A stretch of 64,000 bases of DNA from Oscillospiraceae bacterium (GTDB lineage: Bacteria; Bacillota; Clostridia; Oscillospirales; Oscillospiraceae): contig JAFWVV010000038.1 in NCBI GenBank assembly GCA_017518225.1, positions 981 to 64,980 on the forward strand, written 5' to 3'. The position numbers were made by a program, and so were the translations under genes. This document shows, piece after piece, positions 55,096-63,445 of this stretch. Below the pieces are notes generated by a model. That model was not told the origin of the DNA. It did not search any database and saw only the letters and a list, made by a program, of their open reading frames with translations. Within the stretch, counting starts at the first letter, position 1, and the number at the start of each line of letters is the position of its first letter.

Positions 55096-55778
55096 AGCTT
55101 CACCGCCCCGCTATCCTCGACTACCTGGCCGTCCTCCAGACGGATTACGCGCTCAGCCTGTTCCGCCACAGTGATATCATGCGTGACCATGATAAGCGTG
55201 ATTCCCAACTCTTTGCCAACGGTACGCATGAGGGACAGTACCTCGCGCCCGGTCTTGCCGTCCAGATTGCCAGTGGGCTCGTCGGCGAAGAGGATGGCAG
55301 GCTTGTTGGCCAGCGCGCGGGCAATGCACACGCGCTGCTGCTGGCCGCCGCTCATGGCGCCGGGCAGATGGGAGAGACGATCCTCAATGCCCAGCAGCTC
55401 AATCAGATGGCCGATGTGCGCCTCGTCCGGGCTGCGTCCGTCCAGCATCACGGGCAAAAGGATGTTTTCCTGCGCCGTCAGTTCCCGGACAAGGTTATAG
55501 CTCTGGAACACGAAACCGAAGCGGCGACGGCGCAGCACCGAAAGCTGATTGTCGTTGTAGGAAAAGAGATTCTTTCCTTGATAGATGACCTGCCCACTGG
55601 TCGGCCTGTCCAGCCCGCTCAAAAGATGCAGAAGCGTGGATTTGCCGCTGCCGGATTTGCCGGTAATCGCGGTAAAGGAGCCCTGCTCAAAGGCGAGGCT
55701 CACTTCCTGCAGCGCATGAACGGGCGCGGCGGCGCTGCCATAGGTCTTGGTTAGTTTTTCACAGCTGATAATGTTCAT
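55092..55778 (-). CDS. ABC transporter ATP-binding protein (MacB/LolD-like)
   Basis: Walker A GKSGSGKST, signature MSGGQQQRVCIARAL, Walker B ILFADEPTGNLD. Confidence 0.92.
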   Translation of the reverse strand: MNIISCEKLTKTYGSAAAPVHALQEVSLAFEQGSFTAITGKSGSGKSTLLHLLSGLDRPTSGQVIYQGKNLFSYNDNQLSVLRRRRFGFVFQSYNLVRELTAQENILLPVMLDGRSPDEAHIGHLIELLGIEDRLSHLPGAMSGGQQQRVCIARALANKPAILFADEPTGNLDGKTGREVLSLMRTVGKELGITLIMVTHDITVAEQAERVIRLEDGQVVEDSGAVKL

Positions 55779-55894
55779 TTTGTTCTCCTTATGATAACAA
55801 CCAAAGAGCGATTTTGCCCTTTGGCTGTATCATACAAGGTCAATCTTACTTTTCGGTGACTTTAACCTTACGTTTTCGTAAGGATTCCACCCCT

Positions 55895-56267
55895 GTCATC
55901 CTGAGCGGAGCCGCAAACGCGGCGCAGTCGAAGGATCCTATCTCCAATCCTCACTCAAATCCTTCCAAGCGGGATTTTGGCTTTCCACGAGAGCGTTTTT
56001 CTTTTCTCGCCGCCAGCCCTTGAGTTGCTTTTCTCTTGCAAGAGCAGCTTTGATGTCGCCTGTCTCCTCGACATAAACGAGCTTATGGATATTGTATCTT
56101 TGGGTAAAACCGCCTGCCAACTGATTCTTATGCTCATATATACGGCGTACTAAATCATTGGTTACGCCGATATACATGACTTTATTGTTCCAATTAGTCA
56201 AAATGTAAATGTAATAATAGTTCATGGTTAAGATCCTTCGACTCCGCTTCGCTTCGCTCAGGATGAC
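55895..56267 (-). mobile_element. GIY-YIG gene cassette bracketed by imperfect inverted repeats
   Basis: Arm 55895-55937 is GTCATCCTGAGCGGAGCCGCAAACGCGGCGCAGTCGAAGGATC. The reverse complement of arm 56232-56267 is GTCATCCTGAGCGAAGCGAAGCGGAGTCGAAGGATC. The CDS fills the interval between the arms almost exactly. Confidence 0.55.
55938..56225 (-). CDS. GIY-YIG nuclease-domain protein (COG2827/YhbQ-like, 95 aa)
   Basis: YYIYILTNWNNKVMYIGVTNDLVRRIYEHK...REKQLKGWRREKK. The SD (GAAGGA) lies inside the inverted repeat. Confidence 0.85.
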   Translation of the reverse strand: MNYYYIYILTNWNNKVMYIGVTNDLVRRIYEHKNQLAGGFTQRYNIHKLVYVEETGDIKAALAREKQLKGWRREKKNALVESQNPAWKDLSEDWR

Positions 56268-56360
56268 AAAAGCGCCGGATTATGTCTTTCCGCTCAGGAT
56301 GACAAAGGCGCCGGATTATGTCTTTCCGCTCAGGATGACAAAGGCGCCGGATTATGTTTC
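56255..56360. repeat. 3 tandem copies of a 36-nt unit (last copy 34 nt)
   Basis: CGCTCAGGATGACAAA(A/G)GCGCCGGATTATGTCTTTC at 56255-56290, 56291-56326 and 56327-56360. Each unit contains the repeat terminus GTCATCCTGAGCG (minus strand). The last unit contains the histidine kinase stop codon. Confidence 0.9.
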
Positions 56361-57230
56361 TGTCAAATCCAAAATCGGGATCTCCATGTTTATCCGCAGG
56401 CCGTTCTTTCCGTTCTCGGCGCGAACCGATCCATGGTGTCGGTAAACGATCTCTTTCACAATGGCAAGCCCCAGGCCGGAGCCGCTTTGCGCCTGATCCT
56501 CCGCGCGGTAGAAGCGCTCAAACAGCTGCGGCAGATCTTTCTCCCGCACACCGCCGCCGTTATCCTCAACAGAGCAATAGAAGGTGTGCTCTGTCTGTTC
56601 CATTCTAACCCATATTTGACCATCCTCCGCTGTGTGCTCACAGGCGTTTTTGAGGAGGTTTTGAAACGCCTCGCCCAGCCATTTTTCGTCACAACGGATT
56701 AGAGCGTCACCCTCGACAGAAAGCTGCTTGCCCGGCCAAAGGGCGCGCAGCTCGTCCCAACTGCCCTCGATCAGCGGGCGGATCGGATGCTCGGCATAGG
56801 TAAAATCATACCCGTCTGCGCAGAGCTTTTCCAGCCGCAGGAGGCTGCCGATCAGCCTTTCCATGCGCTCAATTTGGCCGAGCTCTTCGGCCATGTGTGC
56901 GCTCTCGTCCATTTCCACGAACAGGCGCAGGGAGGCAAGGGGCGTCTTGAGCTGATGGGAAATGTCCGCCGTGAGGGAGCTGGTACGCTCGTTTTCCTCT
57001 CGCAGCCGCTCCGTCAGTACAGCGATCCGGTTTTCCAGCTCCGAGGCGGCGTTTTCCACCGGCGCTATGGCGTCCTCCCGCAGGGAAAAGGGCGCAGGAA
57101 TCCCTCCGCGACTTAAATATTCTTCCATACGCTCGCTCAGACGACGCAGGCGCATTCTTTGCAGCACGAGCTTGACAGCCAATGCGATCACAACGAGCAG
57201 GAGAATACTTTCGATTACTGTTCTGACCAT
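56352..57230 (-). CDS. sensor histidine kinase with a single N-terminal TM helix and no extracytoplasmic domain
   Basis: H-box ADISHQLKTPLASL, N-box NLLKNACEH, G-boxes EDNGGGV / GSGLGLAIV; 292 aa. Confidence 0.9.
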   Translation of the reverse strand: MVRTVIESILLLVVIALAVKLVLQRMRLRRLSERMEEYLSRGGIPAPFSLREDAIAPVENAASELENRIAVLTERLREENERTSSLTADISHQLKTPLASLRLFVEMDESAHMAEELGQIERMERLIGSLLRLEKLCADGYDFTYAEHPIRPLIEGSWDELRALWPGKQLSVEGDALIRCDEKWLGEAFQNLLKNACEHTAEDGQIWVRMEQTEHTFYCSVEDNGGGVREKDLPQLFERFYRAEDQAQSGSGLGLAIVKEIVYRHHGSVRAENGKNGLRINMEIPILDLTET

Positions 57231-57868
57231 TGATACCCCACTCCCCGGATCGTCTTGATGTGCGCCGCGCCGATCTTCTCGCGCAGGCGGCTCATGTGAA
57301 CGGACAGGGTGTTGTCATCAATAAACTTGCTCCCGTCGTCCCACAGAAGCTCCAGCAGCAGGTTCCGAGGCACAACGCCCCGGCGCTCTATCAGCAGCTT
57401 GACGATCTTGTACTCCGTCAGCGTCAGGGGCAGCGGCGCGCCGTCCTTGACGATCTGCATTTTGCTCTCGTCTACAATAAAGCTGTCGCGCTGGATGGTC
57501 TGTCTCACAGGATTTCGCAGCAGCACGCGCACACGGGAAAGCAGCTCCTGCATCCGAAAGGGCTTGGTCACATAGTCGTTCCCGCCGGAATCCAACGCCC
57601 GTACCACGTCCAGTTCCTCGTCCTTCGCGGTGAGGAACAGGATCGGGCGCTGTTCGCCGCGCTCACGCCAGAAGCGGCAGAGACCGACGCCGTCTCCGTC
57701 CGGCAAGCCCACGTCCAGCACGACAGCCTGCACTTGTCCGTCAAGCTTTTCCTTTGCCTCGCGAACAGACGCGGCCTCGACCACGCGGTAGCCTTCTCGC
57801 GTAAACAGCTCTGTCAAAGCGCCGCGCAAAACCGCGTCGTCCTCGACCAGCAAAATCACAGTGTTCAT
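57215..57868 (-). CDS. OmpR-family response regulator
   Basis: MNTVILLVEDDAVL...VVLDVGLPDGDG receiver plus winged helix (LSVHMSRLREKI...IRGVGYQW). Start at Met22 of the track ORF. A 16-nt overlap with the kinase gene. Confidence 0.9.
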   Translation of the reverse strand: MNTVILLVEDDAVLRGALTELFTREGYRVVEAASVREAKEKLDGQVQAVVLDVGLPDGDGVGLCRFWRERGEQRPILFLTAKDEELDVVRALDSGGNDYVTKPFRMQELLSRVRVLLRNPVRQTIQRDSFIVDESKMQIVKDGAPLPLTLTEYKIVKLLIERRGVVPRNLLLELLWDDGSKFIDDNTLSVHMSRLREKIGAAHIKTIRGVGYQWSEQ

Positions 57869-57890
57869 ATCATTTCCCCTTGACAGCACA

Positions 57891-57921
57891 AGAAAAGCGG
57901 CATGACCGCAATCATGCCGCC
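57891..57921 (-). terminator. terminator after the oxidoreductase gene
   Basis: On the minus strand, GCGGCATGA-TTGCGG-TCATGCCGC is followed by TTTTCT. Confidence 0.65.
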
Positions 57922-57950
57922 TCCTGTACATATTTGTTTCTTGCCTCAGA

Positions 57951-60011
57951 TCAGATTCTCATGCAGACGTCCCAGGCGCGCCAGATGACGGTGCGCAGGT
58001 TGCCGATGGCGACGCAGTCGCCCACGCGGTGGACGTGAGGCCCCTTCTCGCCCAGCGGCGCGGGAATGAAGCCGACGCCGTTGATAACCGCGTCGCACTC
58101 GACCTTGATCTCGCCCTCGGGCGTCTTGACGATGGCGTAGCCGTCGCCGATCTCGGTCACCGTGCTGTGCAGATACACCGGCACCTTGTGGTACTCCATC
58201 GCGTCGCGCAGGAAGGAAGTGTTGGCCAGACAAGTCGCCTGTGCGGCTACGAGGTCGTTGCCATACTCAACAATGATCGGGTGCTTGCCCTTGAGGATCA
58301 AATCGTAGGCTGCCTCGCAGGAGGACTGACCGCCGCCGAGGAAGAGGATCTTGTCGCCCTTGACCGCCTTCTCGCGCAGGAGCTGGCGGAAGGTATAGGT
58401 CTTGTCAAAGCCCGGAATCGAGGGCAGCGTGCGCGGCACGGAGCCGGTGCAGACGATGACCTCGTCGAAGTTGCGCAGGATGACGTTCAGATCGTTGACC
58501 TCGGTGTTGTAGCGGATCTCCACGCCGGCCTTGTCGATCTCATTTCTGTACCAGCGCAGCAGGTCCTTGTCGTTTTCCTTGAAGCTCATGGCAGAGGCCG
58601 TGAGGAACAGACCGCCCAGCTGATCTTCTTTTTCAAAGATCACGGGCTTGTGACCGCGCCGGGTCAGCACCAGCGCACACTCCATGCCGCCGACGCCGCC
58701 GCCGATGATCGCAACCTTCTTCGGCGTCTTGGTGGGAACAATCTTATAGCGCTTGTGCTGCATCGTGGGCGGGTTGAGCGCACAGCGTCCCAGATGCAGC
58801 GAGTCGCCCAGGGACTGCAGGTTCTCGGTGCCCTCATACTTGGAGAAGTTGAAGCAGCCGTTGTGGCAGCGGATGCAGGGACGGATCTCGTCCTCGCGTC
58901 CGGTTTTGATCTTGGTGACCCAGTTCTCGTCGACCAGGTTCTGGCGCGCGATGGCAACCGCGTCCAGACGGCCCGCAGCGATTTCCTCGGCGGCCTTGAC
59001 CGGGTCCATACGACCGGCGCAGGCGACGGGGATGTCGATGAACTGGCGGATATGTTCGACGTCTGCAAGGTTGCAGTTGTCGGGCATGTACTGAGGCGGA
59101 TGCGCCCAGTACCAGGCGTCGTAGGTGCCGTTGTCGCAGTTGAGGAAGGCGTAACCGGCGTCCTGCAGGATCTTGACGGCCTTTTCGGACTCGGCCATAT
59201 CGCGCCCGAACTCCTCAAATTCCTCATAAGGCATCGCGCCCTTGCGCCAGCCCTTGGTGCAGGAGCGGACGGAGTAGCGCAGAGAGACCGGGAAGTCGTC
59301 GCCCGCCTGCTTGTGGATCTCCTGAACGATCTCGGTGGCGAAGCGCAGACGGTTTTCCAGCGAGCCGCCGTACTGGTCGGTACGGAAGTTCATGTTGGCG
59401 ATGGCAAACTGGTCAAGGTTATAGCCCTCATGCACCGCGTGGATCTCCACGCCGTCCACCCCGGCCTCGCGCAGCTTTTTCGCGGTCGCGCCGAAATGCC
59501 AGACCATCTCCTGAATTTCCTCCACCGTGAAAGGGCGGGACATCAGATTGTCCGCCCAGCGGTTCGGCGTCTCAGAGGCGGAGGCGCAGCTGTACTGCAC
59601 GTCGACAATAGGGCTGGCCAGCTTGTTGAGCAGCTTGTTGCGGCCGAGCGCGGCCATCCAGGGCGTAACTGCCATCGAACGGCCAAAGCCGCCGGCGAGC
59701 TGAATAAAGAGCTTGCTGCCGGTTTTGTGGTACTCGTCCATATAGGGCTTGAGCACACGGTACATCTGGCGGTTCTGATCCAACCACTTTCTGCCCATGG
59801 TGTCACGAATGACCTGCATGCCGGGCAGAACCAGACCGACGCCGTCCTTGGCGCGCTGGAGCAGGAAGTGCGCGCCCTCTTCGTCAAAGTGCGAGGGCTC
59901 CAGCCAGCCAAACAGCGTGGTGCCGCCCATCGAGCACTGCACGATGCGGTTCGGGATCTCCACCGAGCCGATTTTGAACGGAGTAAACAGAGCTTCATAT
60001 TTTGGATTCAT
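57951..60011 (-). CDS. Old-Yellow-Enzyme-type NADH:flavin oxidoreductase fused to an FAD/NAD(P)-binding domain (2,4-dienoyl-CoA/enoate reductase-like)
   Basis: OYE barrel N-half, 4Fe-4S motif CIRCHNGC...C, dinucleotide fold VAIIGGGVGGMECAL. Start at Met29 of the track ORF (AAGGAG SD). Confidence 0.85.
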   Translation of the reverse strand: MNPKYEALFTPFKIGSVEIPNRIVQCSMGGTTLFGWLEPSHFDEEGAHFLLQRAKDGVGLVLPGMQVIRDTMGRKWLDQNRQMYRVLKPYMDEYHKTGSKLFIQLAGGFGRSMAVTPWMAALGRNKLLNKLASPIVDVQYSCASASETPNRWADNLMSRPFTVEEIQEMVWHFGATAKKLREAGVDGVEIHAVHEGYNLDQFAIANMNFRTDQYGGSLENRLRFATEIVQEIHKQAGDDFPVSLRYSVRSCTKGWRKGAMPYEEFEEFGRDMAESEKAVKILQDAGYAFLNCDNGTYDAWYWAHPPQYMPDNCNLADVEHIRQFIDIPVACAGRMDPVKAAEEIAAGRLDAVAIARQNLVDENWVTKIKTGREDEIRPCIRCHNGCFNFSKYEGTENLQSLGDSLHLGRCALNPPTMQHKRYKIVPTKTPKKVAIIGGGVGGMECALVLTRRGHKPVIFEKEDQLGGLFLTASAMSFKENDKDLLRWYRNEIDKAGVEIRYNTEVNDLNVILRNFDEVIVCTGSVPRTLPSIPGFDKTYTFRQLLREKAVKGDKILFLGGGQSSCEAAYDLILKGKHPIIVEYGNDLVAAQATCLANTSFLRDAMEYHKVPVYLHSTVTEIGDGYAIVKTPEGEIKVECDAVINGVGFIPAPLGEKGPHVHRVGDCVAIGNLRTVIWRAWDVCMRI

Positions 60012-60058
60012 AATTGTACTCCTTTTCGTTTTGTATCCGGTTTCTGTGCTTTTTGCGC

Positions 60059-60277
60059 TCAGGGCAGAAGCGCCTTGACAAAGTGGATCGGCCAAGCCAG
60101 CAGGTCGCCCAGCAAATTCACCTTTTCCAGAATGGCCAGATAGGTGTCTTCCCCGAGGACCTCAAAAAGCTTGTCCTGCGCCGCTTCGGTCTTCAACAGC
60201 TTGGCGATGCCGTAGCCGATCCCGCCGAGGCAGACCAGAACCAGCAGCTTCTTTACTTTCTTCTTAATTTTTTTCAT
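60059..60277 (-). CDS. small membrane-anchored protein (72 aa)
   Basis: MKKIKKKVKKLLVLVCLGGIGYGIAKLL..., in frame at the tail of the spurious 60059-60934 track ORF. SD GGAGGA lies 8 nt before ATG 60277. Confidence 0.6.
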   Translation of the reverse strand: MKKIKKKVKKLLVLVCLGGIGYGIAKLLKTEAAQDKLFEVLGEDTYLAILEKVNLLGDLLAWPIHFVKALLP

Positions 60278-60452
60278 ATGAGAATCCTCCTGCCATATTT
60301 TTGTTGCTTTTGCAAAAATTATCGTAAATATTATAGCTATTTTTTGTTGTTTCGTCAATCCCTGTTTTCCTGTTTTCCTGTTTTCCAACACGCCGGGCAA
60401 AAGTGTATAACAATAGCGACGGGAAAAGCATCCCGTCGCTATAAAAAGACGT

Positions 60453-62459
60453 TTATTGCTCGGCCGGTTCAAAATCCTCGCGCGAATGCTTGCAGATCGG
60501 GCAGACGTAGTCGGCGGACAGCTCGCCCTCGCAGGGCTCGAAGTGGCCGCAGATCTTGCAAAGATAGCCCTTCTGCTTCTGCGTCTGGGGCGGAACGACG
60601 TGCTCGAACTCCTCCTTGCCGTGCTTGCACAGCGGGCAGACAAAGTCCTCCGGCAGCTCCGCGCCCTCGTGGACATAGCCGCAGACCTTGCAGACCCAGC
60701 ACTCCTTCTGCTCGGGCGCGGGGTTTTTCTTGGGCTTGATATGCGCGTGGTAGTAGGCGTAGGTGCAGCTCTTGCCGTCGGAGACGAGCTTGGCCTCAAC
60801 GACGTTTGCGATAAACAGGATCTGCGTGTCGAGATCGCGTACGTCGATGACCTCGCAGGCGAGAACGGCGTTCGTGTACTTGGGAATATAGCGGATGCCG
60901 TTCGAGAGGCGATCGTCGCGCTCGCAGTCGGCAAACTTGTCCACGTCGCGACCGCTCTGGAAGCCGAAGTGCTGGAAGACGCTGTAAGGCGTGTCCTCGG
61001 TAAGGATGGAGAGGTTGAACTTTCCTGCCTTCATGACCATGTCGCAGGTGTGATTTTGCTTGATGCAGGAAATGGTGATCTTCTTCGGATCGCCCGCAGC
61101 GACCTGTCCCGCGGTATTGATGATGCAGCCGTAGTCCTTGCCGTCCACACGGGTAGTCAGCACCTCGACGCCATAGCTGAAGCGGTTAAAGACCGCGTTG
61201 TCGACGCTCAGCGCCTCGCTCGGCGTATCGGCAGTTACAGCCACCGTCGCAACGGGCTTGGGCGCAAGCTCGGCGGCAATGGTGTCGGCCAGCGCGTCCA
61301 GCTCGCTCAGCTGGCTCTCGCTCAGCGCCGACTTGAGCGTCACATCCTCGCCGAGGTAGCTCGTGTTCTTCAGCCCGGAAAGAATCTCGCGCATGATCTT
61401 GCCGCTGTTGGGCGCCCAGCTGCCGTTTTCGATCAGCGCAATCTTGCGCCCCTGCAGGTTGTGGTTGGCGATATCATGCAGCAGGTTCTCCATCGTCACA
61501 AAGACGCCAGCATTGTACGTAGTCGCCGCAAAGACCAGATGGCTGCAGCGGAAGGCGTCGGACAGAATGTAGCTGGCCGGGATGACGGAGGTGTCTCGCA
61601 TGCGCACGCGCACGCCGCGCTCGTTGAGCTTGACCGCCAGGATATTGGCGGCGTTTTCGGTATGTCCGTAGACCGAGGCGTAGGCGATCAGCACGCTCTT
61701 CTCCTCGGGCGTATAGCTCGACCAGAGCAGATACTTTTCCAGAAAATCGCCGAAATGGCTGCGCCAGACAAAGCCGTGCAGCGGGCAGACGAGCTTGATC
61801 TCCAGCGCCGCGGCCTTTTTCAAAATCGCCTGCACCTGCGGCCCGTACTTGCCGACAATGTTCGTGTAGTAGCGCCGCGCCTCGTCCAGATGCTCGGCAA
61901 AGAAATCGGTCTCATCGGCAAAGAGGCGGCCGTTGAGCGCGCCGAAGCTGCCGAAGGCGTCCGCCGTGAACAGGATCTTGTCGGTCAGGTCATAGCTCAT
62001 CATGACCTCCGGCCAGTGCACCATCGGCGCCATGACGAAGGTCAGCGTGTGGCGGCCGGTCGAGAGCGTGTCGCCCTCCTTGACCGTCACGATACGCCCG
62101 GTCAGATCGACGGCGAAGAACTGCCCCAGCATGGTCTTGATCTTCTCATTGCAGACGACCTTGACCTCGGGATAGCGCGTCACAACGAGCTCCAGCGTCG
62201 CCGCGTGATCCGGCTCCATGTGGTGAACGACCAGATAGTCGAGCTTGCGCCCGCCAAGGCCGTAGGCCAGATTCTCCAAGAACACGCTGTAAACCGCCTT
62301 GTCCACGGTATCGAAGAGAACGGTCTTCTCATCGAGCAGCAGATAAGAGTTATAGGATACGCCGTCCGGCACACCGTAGACGCCCTCAAAGCAGGCCAGT
62401 CTGCGGTCGTCCGCGCCGACCCAGATCAGATCGTTTTGTACCTTTCTTGTGCAATGCAT
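60453..62459 (-). CDS. multidomain flavodiiron protein: diiron beta-lactamase-like + flavodoxin-like + flavin-reductase-like + two rubredoxin domains
   Basis: Diiron ligands HHMEPDH. Flavodoxin-like VLIAYASVYGHTEN. Flavin-reductase-like FSYGVEVLTTRVDGKDYGCIINT. Rubredoxins WVCKVCGY...CPLCKH and YLCKICGH...CPICKH. Start at ATG 62459 (GGAGGGA SD). Confidence 0.85.
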   Translation of the reverse strand: MHCTRKVQNDLIWVGADDRRLACFEGVYGVPDGVSYNSYLLLDEKTVLFDTVDKAVYSVFLENLAYGLGGRKLDYLVVHHMEPDHAATLELVVTRYPEVKVVCNEKIKTMLGQFFAVDLTGRIVTVKEGDTLSTGRHTLTFVMAPMVHWPEVMMSYDLTDKILFTADAFGSFGALNGRLFADETDFFAEHLDEARRYYTNIVGKYGPQVQAILKKAAALEIKLVCPLHGFVWRSHFGDFLEKYLLWSSYTPEEKSVLIAYASVYGHTENAANILAVKLNERGVRVRMRDTSVIPASYILSDAFRCSHLVFAATTYNAGVFVTMENLLHDIANHNLQGRKIALIENGSWAPNSGKIMREILSGLKNTSYLGEDVTLKSALSESQLSELDALADTIAAELAPKPVATVAVTADTPSEALSVDNAVFNRFSYGVEVLTTRVDGKDYGCIINTAGQVAAGDPKKITISCIKQNHTCDMVMKAGKFNLSILTEDTPYSVFQHFGFQSGRDVDKFADCERDDRLSNGIRYIPKYTNAVLACEVIDVRDLDTQILFIANVVEAKLVSDGKSCTYAYYHAHIKPKKNPAPEQKECWVCKVCGYVHEGAELPEDFVCPLCKHGKEEFEHVVPPQTQKQKGYLCKICGHFEPCEGELSADYVCPICKHSREDFEPAEQ

Positions 62460-62603
62460 GATGTATCCCTCCAAACGATAGAAAATCAAAGGCTTGCTTG
62501 TTTGTAATTATAGTGCATTCGCCTCTGCCCCGCAAGTGCATTTTTCGTCTTTCTGCGGCATCCACAAGAATTCTTGATTTTTCCGGTTTTTCAAAAATTC
62601 TTC

Positions 62604-62632
62604 TTGACATTCCCTCCCCCGTCTGTTAATAT
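62604..62632 (+). promoter_or_regulatory. sigma-A-like promoter of tRNA-Ala(GGC)
   Basis: TTGACA, 17-nt spacer, TAATAT; 13 nt before the tRNA. Confidence 0.6.
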
Positions 62633-62645
62633 ACTCCTTGCGCAT

Positions 62646-62721
<76 letters not shown>

Positions 62722-62842
62722 AAAGAAACAGTCATCCGGAAGGATGGCTGTTTTCTTTTAGTGTGGATCTGTTGGAAACCGCTGACCTCTTGCATTTCAA
62801 TCATATCCGCCGAAGGCGGCTTTCCGGCGTTTACCGCCGGAA

Positions 62843-62877
62843 AGGTCAGCGGTTCGATCCCGCTTATCTCCACCAAA
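62843..62877 (+). repeat. exact 35-nt duplicate of the 3' end of tRNA-Ala(GGC) (att-like direct repeat)
   Basis: AGGTCAGCGGTTCGATCCCGCTTATCTCCACCAAA is identical at 62689-62723 and 62843-62877. A 14-nt inverted copy (CCGCTGACCTCTTG) lies at 62779-62792. Confidence 0.9.
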
Positions 62878-63005
62878 GCAAGATAATCCGAACCACATCT
62901 TCTTAATCGGAGATGGGTTCGGATTTTGCTTTTTCATTGATGATTTCCAATCCAGCCGCCAATACAGTAAGCTCAAACCAAAATAAAGATATGGAGGAAA
63001 TCATC

Positions 63006-63260
63006 ATGAAGAAACTATTATCCTGTGAGTTCAACATCGACACGGCCTGTGTCGAACTCAAGTACGAGGATGGGACACTGATCTCAATTAACTGCATTGC
63101 TGTCGAAAACGAGGTTGTTCGAAACATATGCGAGCGTTCAGAGTTGGATTATCTGATCTACAACGATCCTGTCGCCTATGCTGAGCTGGTATTGAACGGG
63201 GATGTTGAGGATTATCTGAGGCGGGTCACGGATTATCGGCCGCTGGACGAAAGAGAATAA
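63006..63260 (+). CDS. hypothetical protein (84 aa), AT-rich
   Basis: MKKLLSCEFNIDTACVELKYEDGTLISINC... Start taken at ATG 63006 after GGAGGAAATCATC. Confidence 0.5.
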   Translation: MKKLLSCEFNIDTACVELKYEDGTLISINCIAVENEVVRNICERSELDYLIYNDPVAYAELVLNGDVEDYLRRVTDYRPLDERE

Positions 63261-63445
63261 GAAGCAACAGAGCGGGATGCTGTATAGATTGCAGCATCTC
63301 GCCTGTTTTCCAGTTATCACTTATTGTTTACACTTCAAATTCACAAAAAGTTTCCAGAGAAAAATCGTACGATTCTATTGCTAAAATCGTACGATTGGCA
63401 TATAATATAGATGAACCCAATCTTGACGAAAAGGAGGAGTCCTAT

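Noticed and set aside
56255-56360. Possible CRISPR array (36-nt repeats)
   Set aside because: The units are directly contiguous with no spacers, there are only three copies, and no cas genes are present. It is a tandem duplication of the GIY-YIG cassette terminus.
60361-60386. Microsatellite (CCTGTTTT)x3 between the FDP terminator and the small membrane-protein gene
   Set aside because: It is a trivial short tandem repeat in an intergenic region, and no function can be inferred.
58029-62507. Two very long plus-strand ORFs (704 aa at 58029-60143 and 683 aa at 60456-62507), and the 291-aa minus ORF 60059-60934
   Set aside because: The two plus-strand ORFs are antisense to the OYE-type reductase and the flavodiiron genes, which carry clear motifs and SDs. 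Their composition is Arg/Ala/Gly/Val-rich with no family signatures. Only the last 72 codons of 60059-60934 (the MKKIKKK... small protein) look genuine. The rest is out-of-frame read-through of the FDP 3' end.
62798-62877. tRNA-like fold ending in the duplicated tRNA-Ala 3' half. It includes a hairpin CCGGC-GTTTACC-GCCGG that could be read as an anticodon arm with anticodon TTA (an ochre suppressor)
   Set aside because: No 5' acceptor strand (GGAGATA) is present. The would-be D-arm is a 5-bp stem with a 3-nt loop. The anticodon stem actually extends to 10 bp and leaves a 5-nt loop, and position 37 would be a pyrimidine. It is better explained as att-site debris.
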